Assembly (NCBI GenBank): GCA_964438405.1
Contig: CAYTKF010000001.1
Span: 18,860-82,859, forward strand
Source: an uncultured Candidatus Saccharibacteria bacterium
Lineage (GTDB): Bacteria; Patescibacteriota; Minisyncoccia; UBA9983
DNA length: 64,000 nucleotides
Reading direction: 5' to 3'
How positions within the stretch are numbered: position 1 is the first letter of the stretch; the number at the start of each line of letters is the position of its first letter. Below are positions 1 through 9,790 of this stretch, one piece after another. The notes beneath the pieces are model-generated. The model did no database searches. It was not told the DNA's origin and worked only from the letters and a program-made list of their open reading frames with translations. The position numbers were made by a program, and so were the translations under genes.

Positions 1-1
1 T

Positions 2-154
2 CAGACGGTAATCCTGCTGGGTGATGTAAGAATATCCAGCCGGAATATGAGCCACCTCGTCAAAGGTGGCTGAATCATTGCGTACAGAAAAGAACATCAG
101 CAAAAACATGAAGGCAAGAATTAACAGGGCAAAAATTTTCGTAATTTTATTCAC
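2..154 (-). CDS. Glycosyltransferase family 39 / ArnT-like membrane protein, N-terminal part (runs off window)
   Basis: Manual translation from GTG at 154: MNKITKIFALLILAFMFLLMFFSVRNDSATFDEVAHIPAGYSYITQQDYRL; TM helix followed by the DE motif typical of GT-C enzymes; overlaps the stop of the upstream GT gene. Confidence 0.75.
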   Translation of the reverse strand, partial: MNKITKIFALLILAFMFLLMFFSVRNDSATFDEVAHIPAGYSYITQQDYRL

Positions 155-1754
155 GGTATCTTTGTTGGATTAATACGTTTTGGTCGGTATAGGTGAAAAG
201 GCCGGGGATTGCTTCTGATAATTTTTTTCTCAGCTGTGGATCGTTTTTCATCATAAAAATTTGTATGGAACGTTCGCTGTTCGCCTCTTTTATAAAATTA
301 TCAATATCTTTCGGCAGGATATAATAAATATCTTTTTCGTCCTGTTTTTGTTTGAGATAGGTATCTGACAAAAACATTATGGGCAATGTTTGCATGGGTA
401 GAATTTGTGAGTCGCCGTCGCTGTTGGCAATGACATATTTTTTAATGCCGATTGGCGCGCGGTTTAAATAATTTCCCAGATCAGCCATGTCTTTATTAAA
501 CGACGATGCCACTTCCGGCCTAGCGGCCCAGTCCCAAAAATATTGCTTGTAGGTGTTTATGCAAAACACGATTAAAAAAGCAAAAAGCAGAACATTGAGC
601 TCAAATTTTATTCTAGAAAGCTGACGAATTTTTTCAGGATATTTTTCTTTCTGTGTTTTGAGCCATGCACTAATTTTTTCAATCAGCCAGACAGAACCTA
701 GTGCTGCAAAAATCATTGCTACGGGCGCGACAACAATACTGCGCAAAGCATGAGGCAGGCCTTCGTCGGAAATAACAACTGGCAGAAGCATTATTACTAA
801 CCAAGTAACTAGTAACCAATAACTGGCAACAGGTTCTTCTTTTTTTCTTATTTTTTTGACGCTGATTATTATGCCTATCAGAAATAAAATTGCCATTGGC
901 CACCAGAGTTCCGGATTGCCAGCGATATTATGGCGCCAGTTAAAATCTCCGACAACTAAAAACATGCCAATAGTTATGATAATATTTTTTGCCAGTTCAA
1001 GAATGGGTGATGCTGCGGAAAAAATAGAAATTTGCGATGTTCTGCCCAAGAAATCCTGCGGATGTGCAAAATAATAATTTGCAAGGGGATAGACTGCCAA
1101 ACAAACCCCTATTACAAAAAATACAAGAGCAAGAATTTTTTTATTTTTAAGTAATGGCCAGAGAGGAAAAATCAGCAGCAACGGAGCCATTCTATAAGAG
1201 ATATATGAATTAAAACCCAGGCTAAAAACAAAACCGGAAAAAAGTCCTAAAAGCCAGTTTGGCTTTCGCCGCAAAACAAAAACCAGCCACAAACCCCAGC
1301 ATAAAAAGAAAGGCGCCATTATCGCCCTGAATCCAATGCGGGAAAAATTTATATGCCAAAAACTGGTGGCAAGAAAAAGAGAGGCCAAAAGCGCTACAGA
1401 TTCTTTATTAAATAACTCTTTGGTTAATAGATAAAGGCCCCATACTGTTAAACTGCCAAAGATTGCACTTACTAATCTCAAAACCCAGGCTTCGTTGCCA
1501 AGATATTTTACTGCTATTGCCTGAATATCTATAAATAATCCTTCCCGGCCGTTATTGTCCGGGAAAAATGCCTTGATGTTTTTCCACAATCCGCCGGGCG
1601 CCTCAATCACCTCAAGGGTATTGGCGCCGTTCATGGCCTCGTCTGAATAAAGGCCCGGAGGAGCGGTTTTTAAGTCATAAAAACGCAAAAAGATGGCAAC
1701 TGCCATTATCAAAACAATAAAAATAAGATTGTACTTCTTTATTGCCTCTTCCAT
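147..1754 (-). CDS. Glycosyltransferase family 39 (ArnT/PMT-like, GT-C fold)
   Basis: Polytopic membrane protein; PPGLYSDEA motif after TM1; LRLVSAIFG, SFWHINFSRIGFR. Confidence 0.85.
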   Translation of the reverse strand: MEEAIKKYNLIFIVLIMAVAIFLRFYDLKTAPPGLYSDEAMNGANTLEVIEAPGGLWKNIKAFFPDNNGREGLFIDIQAIAVKYLGNEAWVLRLVSAIFGSLTVWGLYLLTKELFNKESVALLASLFLATSFWHINFSRIGFRAIMAPFFLCWGLWLVFVLRRKPNWLLGLFSGFVFSLGFNSYISYRMAPLLLIFPLWPLLKNKKILALVFFVIGVCLAVYPLANYYFAHPQDFLGRTSQISIFSAASPILELAKNIIITIGMFLVVGDFNWRHNIAGNPELWWPMAILFLIGIIISVKKIRKKEEPVASYWLLVTWLVIMLLPVVISDEGLPHALRSIVVAPVAMIFAALGSVWLIEKISAWLKTQKEKYPEKIRQLSRIKFELNVLLFAFLIVFCINTYKQYFWDWAARPEVASSFNKDMADLGNYLNRAPIGIKKYVIANSDGDSQILPMQTLPIMFLSDTYLKQKQDEKDIYYILPKDIDNFIKEANSERSIQIFMMKNDPQLRKKLSEAIPGLFTYTDQNVLIQQRYRE

Positions 1755-1786
1755 TGATTTTTATTTTAACATATAATTAATATGTT

Positions 1787-2395
1787 ATGAACAACTTCAA
1801 AAAAGATATCTTGTTAACAGTCATAATAGGAGAAATTGCTTCATGGCTGATTGTTTTTATTTCTCAAAATCTTTTTTTTGCGCCCTATTTAAAATATCTG
1901 CCCATAATATTTCCTCTGGCGTGTGTGTTGGGGCTTATTGTCGCTTACTTCTTGGGTAAGATTGCGCCGGTTGTTTATCAGCTGGCGAAATTTGTTTTGG
2001 TCGGCGGTTTGAATTTTTTAATAGACATATCTGTTTTGAGTTTTTTTGTTTTTACCACGGGCGTGGTATCGGGCTTGATGCAGTCAGGTTTTAAGGGGAT
2101 TTCTTTTTTGGTCGCTGTCATAAACAGTTATTTTTGGAATAAACACTGGACGTTTAAAAAAACGAACAATAAAAAATCATCCAAGGAATTTCTGCAATTT
2201 TTTGTGGTGAGTATAATTGGATTGACAATAAATATTATTGTTGATTACTTTTTTGTAAATAACATTCCGCCATTTAAGGGGGTCGACCCAACAACATGGA
2301 CTCAGCTGGGCGCGGTTATCTCTGCCGCGACCGCACTTACCTGGAATTTTATAGGATATAAATTCATAGTTTTTGATTCAAAAGATGGTTCATAA
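1787..2395 (+). CDS. GtrA family protein (lipid-linked sugar flippase-like)
   Basis: QLAKFVLVGGLNFLID, NSYFWNKHWTF and WNFIGYKFIVF motifs; divergent from GT39 genes. Confidence 0.85.
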   Translation: MNNFKKDILLTVIIGEIASWLIVFISQNLFFAPYLKYLPIIFPLACVLGLIVAYFLGKIAPVVYQLAKFVLVGGLNFLIDISVLSFFVFTTGVVSGLMQSGFKGISFLVAVINSYFWNKHWTFKKTNNKKSSKEFLQFFVVSIIGLTINIIVDYFFVNNIPPFKGVDPTTWTQLGAVISAATALTWNFIGYKFIVFDSKDGS

Positions 2396-3548
2396 AAAAG
2401 GGAAAATTATAGCGGTTATGGAAATATCCAGTTCCTCAATTGGCGGTATTTTGTTTGAACAAAACAAGAAAGACAAACCAAAAATTATTTCCACAATCAG
2501 AGTACCGGTGAATTTTCTTTTTGATGTCAGCTTTGAGGCCTTTTGGCGCTGCACCTGTGCCAGTTTTAAAAGTGCAATATTAATGCTTTTAAAAGATTAT
2601 CCAAGCGGACCGGACGAGTGCCTTTGCATTTTTCTTTTCCCTTGGTTTACACCGCAGAGCCGTATCATAAATTTTGAGAGGGAGGAGCCCATCAGGGTTG
2701 ATAGAAAACTTTTTGACGGTATTATAAAAAGCGAAGAGGAAATTTTTAAAACGCACTGGAGATCTTCTCCAGAATCAAACGGACAGCCGGAATTTATAGA
2801 GCATGAAATTTTGAAAGTGGAGCTTAACGGATATTATACTAAGGACCCCATTGGCAAAAAGACAAAAACAATAAAGATTTATTTTTATATGAGTCTGGGA
2901 AGTCAGAAGATAATTAAAGAAATTAAATCTTATATTCTTGATGGATTCGGCGGGATACCCCTGATTTTTAGAACATTTCCATACGTCTCCTTCTCTTTTT
3001 TAAGAGAAAATATGAATACCCAAGAAGGTTTTGTTGTTGTTGATATGAGGGGAGAAATGACAGATATTTCTCTTTTTAGAAAAGACAATATAGAAGAAAT
3101 AGTATCCTTTCCCAAGGGTAGAAATTTTTTCCTTAGAAAAATTGCCTCCAAATTCAACACCTTCCCACAGGAGGCATCATCTCTATTTGAGACCTATTTA
3201 AAAAAACACGCGGAAGATAGCAACGCCCAAAAAATTTCTTTTATAATAGAAGAGTCCCAAAGGGAATGGCGCGAATCTTTTAAATCCGCGCTGGAAAAAA
3301 TTTCCGGCTCCAAACCATTACCCCAGAATATCTTTTTTATAGGAGATGAGGCAATAGGAAATATGTTTATTAAATGCGCTGAGGGAGATGATTTCGCAAA
3401 ATTCACTATTTTTGGACAACCGTTTAATGTCAGTAAAATCCTTTTTGAGGGTTTAAATCAAAGCGTCAATTTTAATATGAAAAGGCCGGCTGAAAAAGGA
3501 GATGTATTTCTTTTAATGGAATCTATTTTTGCAAATAAAAATTTATAA
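2385..3548 (+). CDS. Divergent FtsA/PilM-like actin-fold protein
   Basis: MEISSSSIG (degenerate phosphate-1 loop), VVVDMRGEMTDISLF (phosphate-2-like), IFFIGD; ATG 2385 preferred over TTG 2373. Confidence 0.55.
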   Translation: MVHKKGKIIAVMEISSSSIGGILFEQNKKDKPKIISTIRVPVNFLFDVSFEAFWRCTCASFKSAILMLLKDYPSGPDECLCIFLFPWFTPQSRIINFEREEPIRVDRKLFDGIIKSEEEIFKTHWRSSPESNGQPEFIEHEILKVELNGYYTKDPIGKKTKTIKIYFYMSLGSQKIIKEIKSYILDGFGGIPLIFRTFPYVSFSFLRENMNTQEGFVVVDMRGEMTDISLFRKDNIEEIVSFPKGRNFFLRKIASKFNTFPQEASSLFETYLKKHAEDSNAQKISFIIEESQREWRESFKSALEKISGSKPLPQNIFFIGDEAIGNMFIKCAEGDDFAKFTIFGQPFNVSKILFEGLNQSVNFNMKRPAEKGDVFLLMESIFANKNL

Positions 3549-3552
3549 TATT

Positions 3553-4725
3553 ATGGCAAAAAGAATTATTGAAGACGTAATAAGAAAAAAGATAAAACGC
3601 GTGCCAGCACCAGAGGCACCGCAAAAACCACCGCAGGAGCCCAAAGCCCCCGGCAAAAAATCATCCAAGAAAATTTATTTTTTTGTTTTTTTGGTGCTGG
3701 CGGTTATTTTGGGAGCGGGGTTTGTTTTGATAAAATTTTCTTCTGCCAATATAAAAATAACGCCGAGGCAGCAGGTGATAAATATCGATGCCGTTTTTGA
3801 TAATTTGAGCTTTGAAATAATCCAGATGGCCAAAAAAAATTCTCTTTCTTTTAACGCCACCGGCATTTCAAAGGGCGGACAAAGTGCTCGGGGCACAATT
3901 GTCCTTTATAATACCTATAGTTCCAAGGGGCAGTATCTTTTGATTGACACACGCCTTTCAACACCTGATGGGAAAATATATAAAACAGAAAAGGCAGTCA
4001 CTATTCCTGGTAATGGCTCAGTGGAAGTTGGAGTTTATGCGGATAAACCAGGGCCGGATTGTAATATTGGGCTGACAGATTTTTCCATAGTCGGCTTTAA
4101 GGGTACGGCAAAATACGACAAAATTTACGGACGTTCCAAAACATTTATGACCGGAGGAGCGCTGGGGGATACTGTTGTTGCCACAGATGCAGATATAAAC
4201 AACGCCAAAAATTCTCTTGAGAGCCAGCTCACTGATTATTTTTTTGAACAAATGAACAAGCAAAAACCAACTGAATATTTGCTTTATAAAAACGCGCTGG
4301 CTACGGATTTTGTGGAAGAAGTGGGTAAAAATTTTTCTTTTATTGCCAGCGCAACCAGCACCGGGTTCTTGATTAAAAAAGACGGGCTTTCCGGCGCATT
4401 GGTTAAAAAATATCTGTCTCAGAACGGAGAAGACAATAGTAGTGTTTATGTATCAAATCTTGAAGACTTAAATTTTAATCTTGTTTCCAAAAATAACGAC
4501 AACACAAAAATGACTTTTGAAATAAAGGGCGATGCTAATTTTGTCTGGAAAACAGACGAAGAAAAACTGACCAATGATTTGATGTTAGTAAATAACGGAG
4601 ACTATGCGTCGGTCTTCCAAAATTATCCCAATATAGAAAAGGCGGAAATAATCTTTTCTCCCTCCTGGTGGCGCTATCTGCCGAGCGACAAATCAAGAAT
4701 CCATTTTGAAACAGTACTACAGTAA
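3553..4725 (+). CDS. Membrane-anchored protein with baseplate J/gp47-like domain
   Basis: One TM helix, then ARGTIVLYN...TRL...G..Y...V.ADKPG..NIG...F...MTGG...VAT.ADI pattern. Confidence 0.55.
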   Translation: MAKRIIEDVIRKKIKRVPAPEAPQKPPQEPKAPGKKSSKKIYFFVFLVLAVILGAGFVLIKFSSANIKITPRQQVINIDAVFDNLSFEIIQMAKKNSLSFNATGISKGGQSARGTIVLYNTYSSKGQYLLIDTRLSTPDGKIYKTEKAVTIPGNGSVEVGVYADKPGPDCNIGLTDFSIVGFKGTAKYDKIYGRSKTFMTGGALGDTVVATDADINNAKNSLESQLTDYFFEQMNKQKPTEYLLYKNALATDFVEEVGKNFSFIASATSTGFLIKKDGLSGALVKKYLSQNGEDNSSVYVSNLEDLNFNLVSKNNDNTKMTFEIKGDANFVWKTDEEKLTNDLMLVNNGDYASVFQNYPNIEKAEIIFSPSWWRYLPSDKSRIHFETVLQ

Positions 4726-6612
4726 ACTTTCTGGGTCTATATCTATTTTCCAGTTTGGCGTTAAAGATAACAATTTTTCGTAAAGTTTGGGCTGTTTGTC
4801 CGGCCAGGTTTCTGGGTCTAATTTTAAGAGCAAATGCCAGGAATAAATATTTTTTACTTTGGGAATAAATGCCGGATAAATTATTGGTTTCCATTCTTCT
4901 AAATCTCTTTTTAATTTTTCAATTTCTATTTTTAATTTTGAATTGTCCCTGCCTTCTTTGGTAATTTTAATTAAAAGTTTGAACGGCGGGTATTCAAAAT
5001 TTTTGCGGTTTTCAATTTCGTCTTTATAAAAACCGGAAATATTGCCCTTAACCACGTTGTCAAAAATTGAAGTTGATTCAGCCAATCTGCTCTGGATTAA
5101 AAAAGTCTTTTTTGCCAAATATCTGAGTTTTAATAAAATATGGAAAATTTTTTCATTGATTCTAAAGTCAGGCAGGCCGAAGAGAGAGTCAAGGGAAACT
5201 ACACCAACACGTTCTATGGGAGAATCTTTTAGGGCGTTAAAATAAGAAAAAATTATTTCCGTGCCTATTAAAATTGAGCCGGGCGAGTTCAAAAATTTTT
5301 CCGCAGTTTCCTTTCCCTGTTTTATATTTTTGATAATATCGCTGTCCATTCTAAAAATTTTAAATTTGGGAAAAAGTTTTTCTATTTCCTCAAAAACTTT
5401 TTCCGCGCCCATGCCCAGTGTTATCAATCTCCAGCTCTTGCAATAAGGGCATCTCTCCGGAGATTTTGTGATAGAGAGACATTTGTGGCAGACCCAGTCT
5501 CCGGGCGGTTTATGCAGAACAAGGGGCGTGGCGCATTTATCGCACAATATCACAAATTGGCAGTCCTGGCAGATAGTGGTCGGGCTATGCCCTTTGCGGT
5601 TGATAAACAAAAGAACCCTTTCGTTGTTTTTGTAGGCCTCTTCTATAATTTCTTTAAGCTGATGACTGATGACTAAAAGCTCTTTGGGCCTTTGCCAGTT
5701 CAAACTGCTCTGTTCCTTTTTCATGTCAACGATAATCTGTTCTGCCTCGGACAGGGGGCGGGAAAATGAGGGATTTTTTTCTTTGCCGAAAAAGGTTTCC
5801 GTCCGTATCAGAGAATCGCCGATGATAAAACGTTTTTTTGTTTTTCTGCATATTATTTCAATAATTTTTCTGACGTCGAGATGCGGCCTCTGTTCCAGCT
5901 TGTAAAGAGAAGAATTTTCTTCTTCCATAATTATGGTGCCGATATCTTTTCTCGGCAAAGAGAGAAAAGTTTTTGTGGCTGTTATCAAAACAGGATGTTC
6001 CTCCATTAAAATTTTACTCCACGTCTCCCTGATTTTTTTGGCCGGAATTTTACCGTGCAGAATAAAAGTATAATTTTCTATACCCTTTTGTATTTCCTGA
6101 GAAATTTTTTCCAGATCGGAAATCGCCGGCATACACAAAAAAACAGAATGCCCTCTGGCAAATTCTTCTCTGATTATGCTTTTATAATATTGAAAGCGGT
6201 CTTTGGGAGGATATTGCGCCAGAACAATTTCTTGTCTTGGAAGAGCAGTTTTGATATTCTCGTTTTTTAAAGGGGAAGGATTGTCAAAAATAATTGAGGG
6301 GACAAAATCTTTTAGCACTTCTCCCGCTGACGACAGAAAATATTTTGCGCCTTCTTCGCAGGCGCCTATAAAATCTTTATCAAAGAAACATGAAGCCTTT
6401 ACGCTTTTTATGGATTTTAGGACAAAACCAGACTTTTTGAGAGTGGACTTCAAACTTTTAAGCTCATCCACAGAAGAAACAATTGCCGGAATTATTCTTT
6501 TTTTAAGCGGTATGGTTACAAGAGCGCCCGGCTCCACGTCCTTGCTGGTAAAATAAGAAAGTTTTTCTTTCGGCACGCCCTTGGCAATGGGAATAACATT
6601 TGCGATTTTCAT
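4717..6612 (-). CDS. priA: Primosomal protein N' (PriA) with degenerate helicase motifs
   Basis: N-terminal 3'-binding domain, LLFINRKG, four CxxC pairs, GMGAEKV, RMDSD, LPDFR..E, YPPF. Confidence 0.9.
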   Translation of the reverse strand: MKIANVIPIAKGVPKEKLSYFTSKDVEPGALVTIPLKKRIIPAIVSSVDELKSLKSTLKKSGFVLKSIKSVKASCFFDKDFIGACEEGAKYFLSSAGEVLKDFVPSIIFDNPSPLKNENIKTALPRQEIVLAQYPPKDRFQYYKSIIREEFARGHSVFLCMPAISDLEKISQEIQKGIENYTFILHGKIPAKKIRETWSKILMEEHPVLITATKTFLSLPRKDIGTIIMEEENSSLYKLEQRPHLDVRKIIEIICRKTKKRFIIGDSLIRTETFFGKEKNPSFSRPLSEAEQIIVDMKKEQSSLNWQRPKELLVISHQLKEIIEEAYKNNERVLLFINRKGHSPTTICQDCQFVILCDKCATPLVLHKPPGDWVCHKCLSITKSPERCPYCKSWRLITLGMGAEKVFEEIEKLFPKFKIFRMDSDIIKNIKQGKETAEKFLNSPGSILIGTEIIFSYFNALKDSPIERVGVVSLDSLFGLPDFRINEKIFHILLKLRYLAKKTFLIQSRLAESTSIFDNVVKGNISGFYKDEIENRKNFEYPPFKLLIKITKEGRDNSKLKIEIEKLKRDLEEWKPIIYPAFIPKVKNIYSWHLLLKLDPETWPDKQPKLYEKLLSLTPNWKIDIDPESLL

Positions 6613-7466
6613 TTTAAATTTATTTGAATCAAGTTTTGATCGTCTAAAATATACAAAAAATTATCTTTGGAATAGACGGTAAAAATGGGGTCTTTGCCTT
6701 TATAAACCGGCTGAATGTTTCTTCCGCCGCGACCGTCAATTTCTATGGCATAGATGCTGTTTTGCATGGCAAAAATTATGAGGTCTTTTCTGTTTGGATA
6801 AAAATCAATATTTTTAATAAGGGTTTTTAATTCGTAAATTAAAAGCTGGGAAGAACAATTTTTATCGTCGCAAAAAAAATAGGGCAGGGAATTGGAATCA
6901 CTAAGCCATTCCGCCCAGATCTTGTTTGTTTGGGGATCCCACCAGATTTTTTCCTTGCTATTACTGGAAAGCCGGCTGTAATAAAGGTCTTTTTGTGCGT
7001 CAGTGGCTTTTTTATCAAGTGGTTTTTTAAGATTATTCAAGATATTTAAAATTTCTTCGTATTGCGAACTTTCAAGCGGCGAGAAATTTTCTCTAAGTAT
7101 TATTTTGCCATTGGGATTGCTTGGCACCATAAACGCCCTTGCCTCTGTTACTAATTTTTCTTTAACCGCAAGTTTTTTTGACCAAGGCCAATAATCATCT
7201 TTTGTTATGAGAACAGAATATTTGCCGGGCATCAGACTTTGCAAAAAGAGGTCGTTTTGCAGAAAGCCGGTTTCTTTTTCTTCTTTGTTGTTTACGAAAA
7301 TTTTTGAGCCGGAAACAGACGAAGCAATATAAAGTCCGCCGGTCCCGTAAAGCTTCAGTCCGCTGTCCCAGCGATAGCCCATGGTATATAAAAGAACAAC
7401 AGGCGAGGCAACCACAAAAAATAAGAAACACAAAATTAAAACTAATCTTCTGCTTTTGGCAGTCAT
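6609..7466 (-). CDS. PEGA domain-containing membrane-anchored protein
   Basis: TM helix + YTMGYR, TGGLYIAS..GSKIFVN, L.PGKYSV.ITKDDY.PW.K. Confidence 0.75.
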   Translation of the reverse strand: MTAKSRRLVLILCFLFFVVASPVVLLYTMGYRWDSGLKLYGTGGLYIASSVSGSKIFVNNKEEKETGFLQNDLFLQSLMPGKYSVLITKDDYWPWSKKLAVKEKLVTEARAFMVPSNPNGKIILRENFSPLESSQYEEILNILNNLKKPLDKKATDAQKDLYYSRLSSNSKEKIWWDPQTNKIWAEWLSDSNSLPYFFCDDKNCSSQLLIYELKTLIKNIDFYPNRKDLIIFAMQNSIYAIEIDGRGGRNIQPVYKGKDPIFTVYSKDNFLYILDDQNLIQINLK

Positions 7467-7524
7467 TATTCTAATTTTTGCAGAAATTGACGTTAAAGTA
7501 AAGAAGATTTAATATTATACTGTT

Positions 7525-8538
7525 ATGGTTTTGTTTGTGAAAAAGCTCGGGATTGATTTGGGGACAGCTTCCACTCTTGTTTTTGTGCCAGGCCAGGGCA
7601 TTGTTTTGAATGAACCGTCTGTTGTGGCTGTTTCTGTGCCGGATAATAAGGTTCTGGCAGTGGGCAACGAAGCAAAGGCAATGATAGGAAAAACGCCTGA
7701 CACCATTATTGCTTATCGTCCCATGAAAGACGGAGTGATTGCGGATTATCGTGTGACAGAAGCAATGCTTAAATATTTTATTTCCAAGGCATTGGGCAAA
7801 TGGAATTTTTTCAAACCCGAAGTAATGGTTTCTGTGCCAGCCGGCGTTACGTCTACTCAAAGGCGGGCTGTTGTTGAAGCAGGAGTAAGGGCCGGCGCAA
7901 AAGCAGCTTATGTTGTTAAGGAGCCGGTTTTGGCAGCCATTGGCGCTGGCATTCCTATTAATGAGCCGTCAGGCCACATGATTGTTGATATTGGCGGAGG
8001 AACTATTGACGTGGCAGTAATTTCTCTGGGCGGAATTGTGGCTTCAAATTCTGTTAAATGTGCTGGAGATAAAATTGACCAGGCAATTGCTGATTACATC
8101 AAGAAAAATTTTAATTTGGCAATCGGCGACAGAACAGCCGAAGACATAAAAATTAATATCGGTTCGGCAGTGCCTGTTGATGAAGAAATGACATATAAAA
8201 TTAAGGGCAGAGATTTTCTGACCGGTCTGCCCAGAAGCGCGGAAATCACAACCAACGAAATAGTTAAGGCCATTGACGCGGAATTGCGGGAAATGATGCG
8301 CGCCATTAAAAATGTTCTACAGGATACGCCGCCCGAACTTTCTTCTGATATCATAGACAATGGTATCACCATGACCGGCGGAACTTCGCTTTTGAGAAAT
8401 ATAGATGAGCTTGTTTTCAGAAGCACCGGAGTAAAAGCAAAAGTTGCCGAAGACGCGCTTTTCTGCGTTGCCAAAGGCACAGGAGTTGCCCTAGACCACT
8501 TAAACGCCTACAAAAAAAGCATAATGGCGAAAAGATAA
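7525..8538 (+). CDS. mreB: Rod shape-determining protein MreB/Mbl (paralog 1)
   Basis: GIDLGTA, NEPSVVA, RPMKDGVIAD, VDIGGGT, TPPELSSDI, TGGTSLL. Confidence 0.95.
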   Translation: MVLFVKKLGIDLGTASTLVFVPGQGIVLNEPSVVAVSVPDNKVLAVGNEAKAMIGKTPDTIIAYRPMKDGVIADYRVTEAMLKYFISKALGKWNFFKPEVMVSVPAGVTSTQRRAVVEAGVRAGAKAAYVVKEPVLAAIGAGIPINEPSGHMIVDIGGGTIDVAVISLGGIVASNSVKCAGDKIDQAIADYIKKNFNLAIGDRTAEDIKINIGSAVPVDEEMTYKIKGRDFLTGLPRSAEITTNEIVKAIDAELREMMRAIKNVLQDTPPELSSDIIDNGITMTGGTSLLRNIDELVFRSTGVKAKVAEDALFCVAKGTGVALDHLNAYKKSIMAKR

Positions 8539-9218
8539 TGAAATCTATTTTGGATTTTCATATTGGAAGCGAGAATTTTCATCACGGATATTTGCTGATG
8601 GGGAATCTTGAAGAATCTAAAAAAATAGCTTTTGAAACAGCCAGAGTTATCTTGGACAAAAAAGATAAGCTTGAAACCCATCCGGATTTTTTTTACGAAA
8701 AATACGATTTATTCGGCATTGACGACAGCCATGAAATTATAGGCAAAGCGTCCAAACGTCCGTTGGTAGGCGATAAAAAAGTTTTTATTTTGGAAACCAA
8801 TGGCTTCAGCATCGAGTCGGCCAATGCTCTGCTCAAAACTTTTGAAGAGCCGTATGAAGGCACGCATTTTTTTATTTTATTGCCGTCGCTGGACGATGTT
8901 CTGCCAACTCTGCGTTCGCGCTTAGTTGTCATAAATACTGGCAGGGGAAATATAGAACCGGATGAAGAAAAAGAAGAAACTTTTGAGAAATTTTTAAAAA
9001 GCAATGCTGAAAAACGGCTTGAAATAATAAAAGAATTTTCTGACGACAGATTTACGGCAATGGAATTTTTAAATGGTTTAGAAATAATAATAAACAAAAA
9101 TAAAGAAAAATTATCTGCGCTTAATGAGATCGGCAGGTGCAGGAGTTTTCTTCTTAGCCGCGGCGCGTCAGCCAAAATGGTTTTGGAGCATATTGCGTTG
9201 GCTCTACCAAAAATATAA
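8538..9218 (+). CDS. holB: DNA polymerase III delta' subunit-like (short form)
   Basis: HHGYLL, HPDF, SANALLKTFEEP, LPTLRSR. Confidence 0.8.
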   Translation: MKSILDFHIGSENFHHGYLLMGNLEESKKIAFETARVILDKKDKLETHPDFFYEKYDLFGIDDSHEIIGKASKRPLVGDKKVFILETNGFSIESANALLKTFEEPYEGTHFFILLPSLDDVLPTLRSRLVVINTGRGNIEPDEEKEETFEKFLKSNAEKRLEIIKEFSDDRFTAMEFLNGLEIIINKNKEKLSALNEIGRCRSFLLSRGASAKMVLEHIALALPKI

Positions 9219-9227
9219 AATATATTT

Positions 9228-9779
9228 ATGAAGTACGATTTTTCCAAAACAAAAAATAAAGTGGAGGAGACAAAAGCGTTTTTTAAGCGCGAAATAGCCA
9301 GTTTGCGAACCGGCCGGGCAAGTCCTGTTCTTGTTGAAGATATTCTGGTTGATTCCTATGGCTCAAAATTGCCCATTAAGCATGTGGCCTCAATCAGCGT
9401 TGAAGACGCAAAAACCTTACGCATCACTCCCTGGGACATGTCAGTTATAAAAAATATAGAGAGTGCAATCAGTGGGTCAAATCTGGGCATTCAACCCATT
9501 GCAGACAAGCAGTCCATACGAGTTTCCGTTCCGCAATTGTCAGAAGAGAGGCGCAAGGCATTGCTTAAAATTCTTTCGGAAAAACACGAAGAGGCGAAAA
9601 TTTCTCTGCGCCAGGAGCGGGACGAAACATGGAAAGATATTCAGGACAGGGAAAAAAGAAAAGAAATGTCAGAAGACGAAAAATTCCGCTACAAAGATGA
9701 ACTGCAGAACCTGATAGACAGGGCAAACGAAGAACTGGAAAATCTGTCTGACAGCAAAAAATCAGAAATTAGTAATTAG
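9228..9779 (+). CDS. frr: Ribosome recycling factor
   Basis: LRTGRASP, V.SYG, ITPWD, PQLSEERRK, MSEDE. Confidence 0.97.
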   Translation: MKYDFSKTKNKVEETKAFFKREIASLRTGRASPVLVEDILVDSYGSKLPIKHVASISVEDAKTLRITPWDMSVIKNIESAISGSNLGIQPIADKQSIRVSVPQLSEERRKALLKILSEKHEEAKISLRQERDETWKDIQDREKRKEMSEDEKFRYKDELQNLIDRANEELENLSDSKKSEISN

Positions 9780-9790
9780 AAATTAAAAAT

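Noticed and set aside
3553-4725. Prophage or contractile injection system suggested by the baseplate-J-like domain
   Set aside because: No other phage structural genes; the protein is membrane-anchored among housekeeping genes
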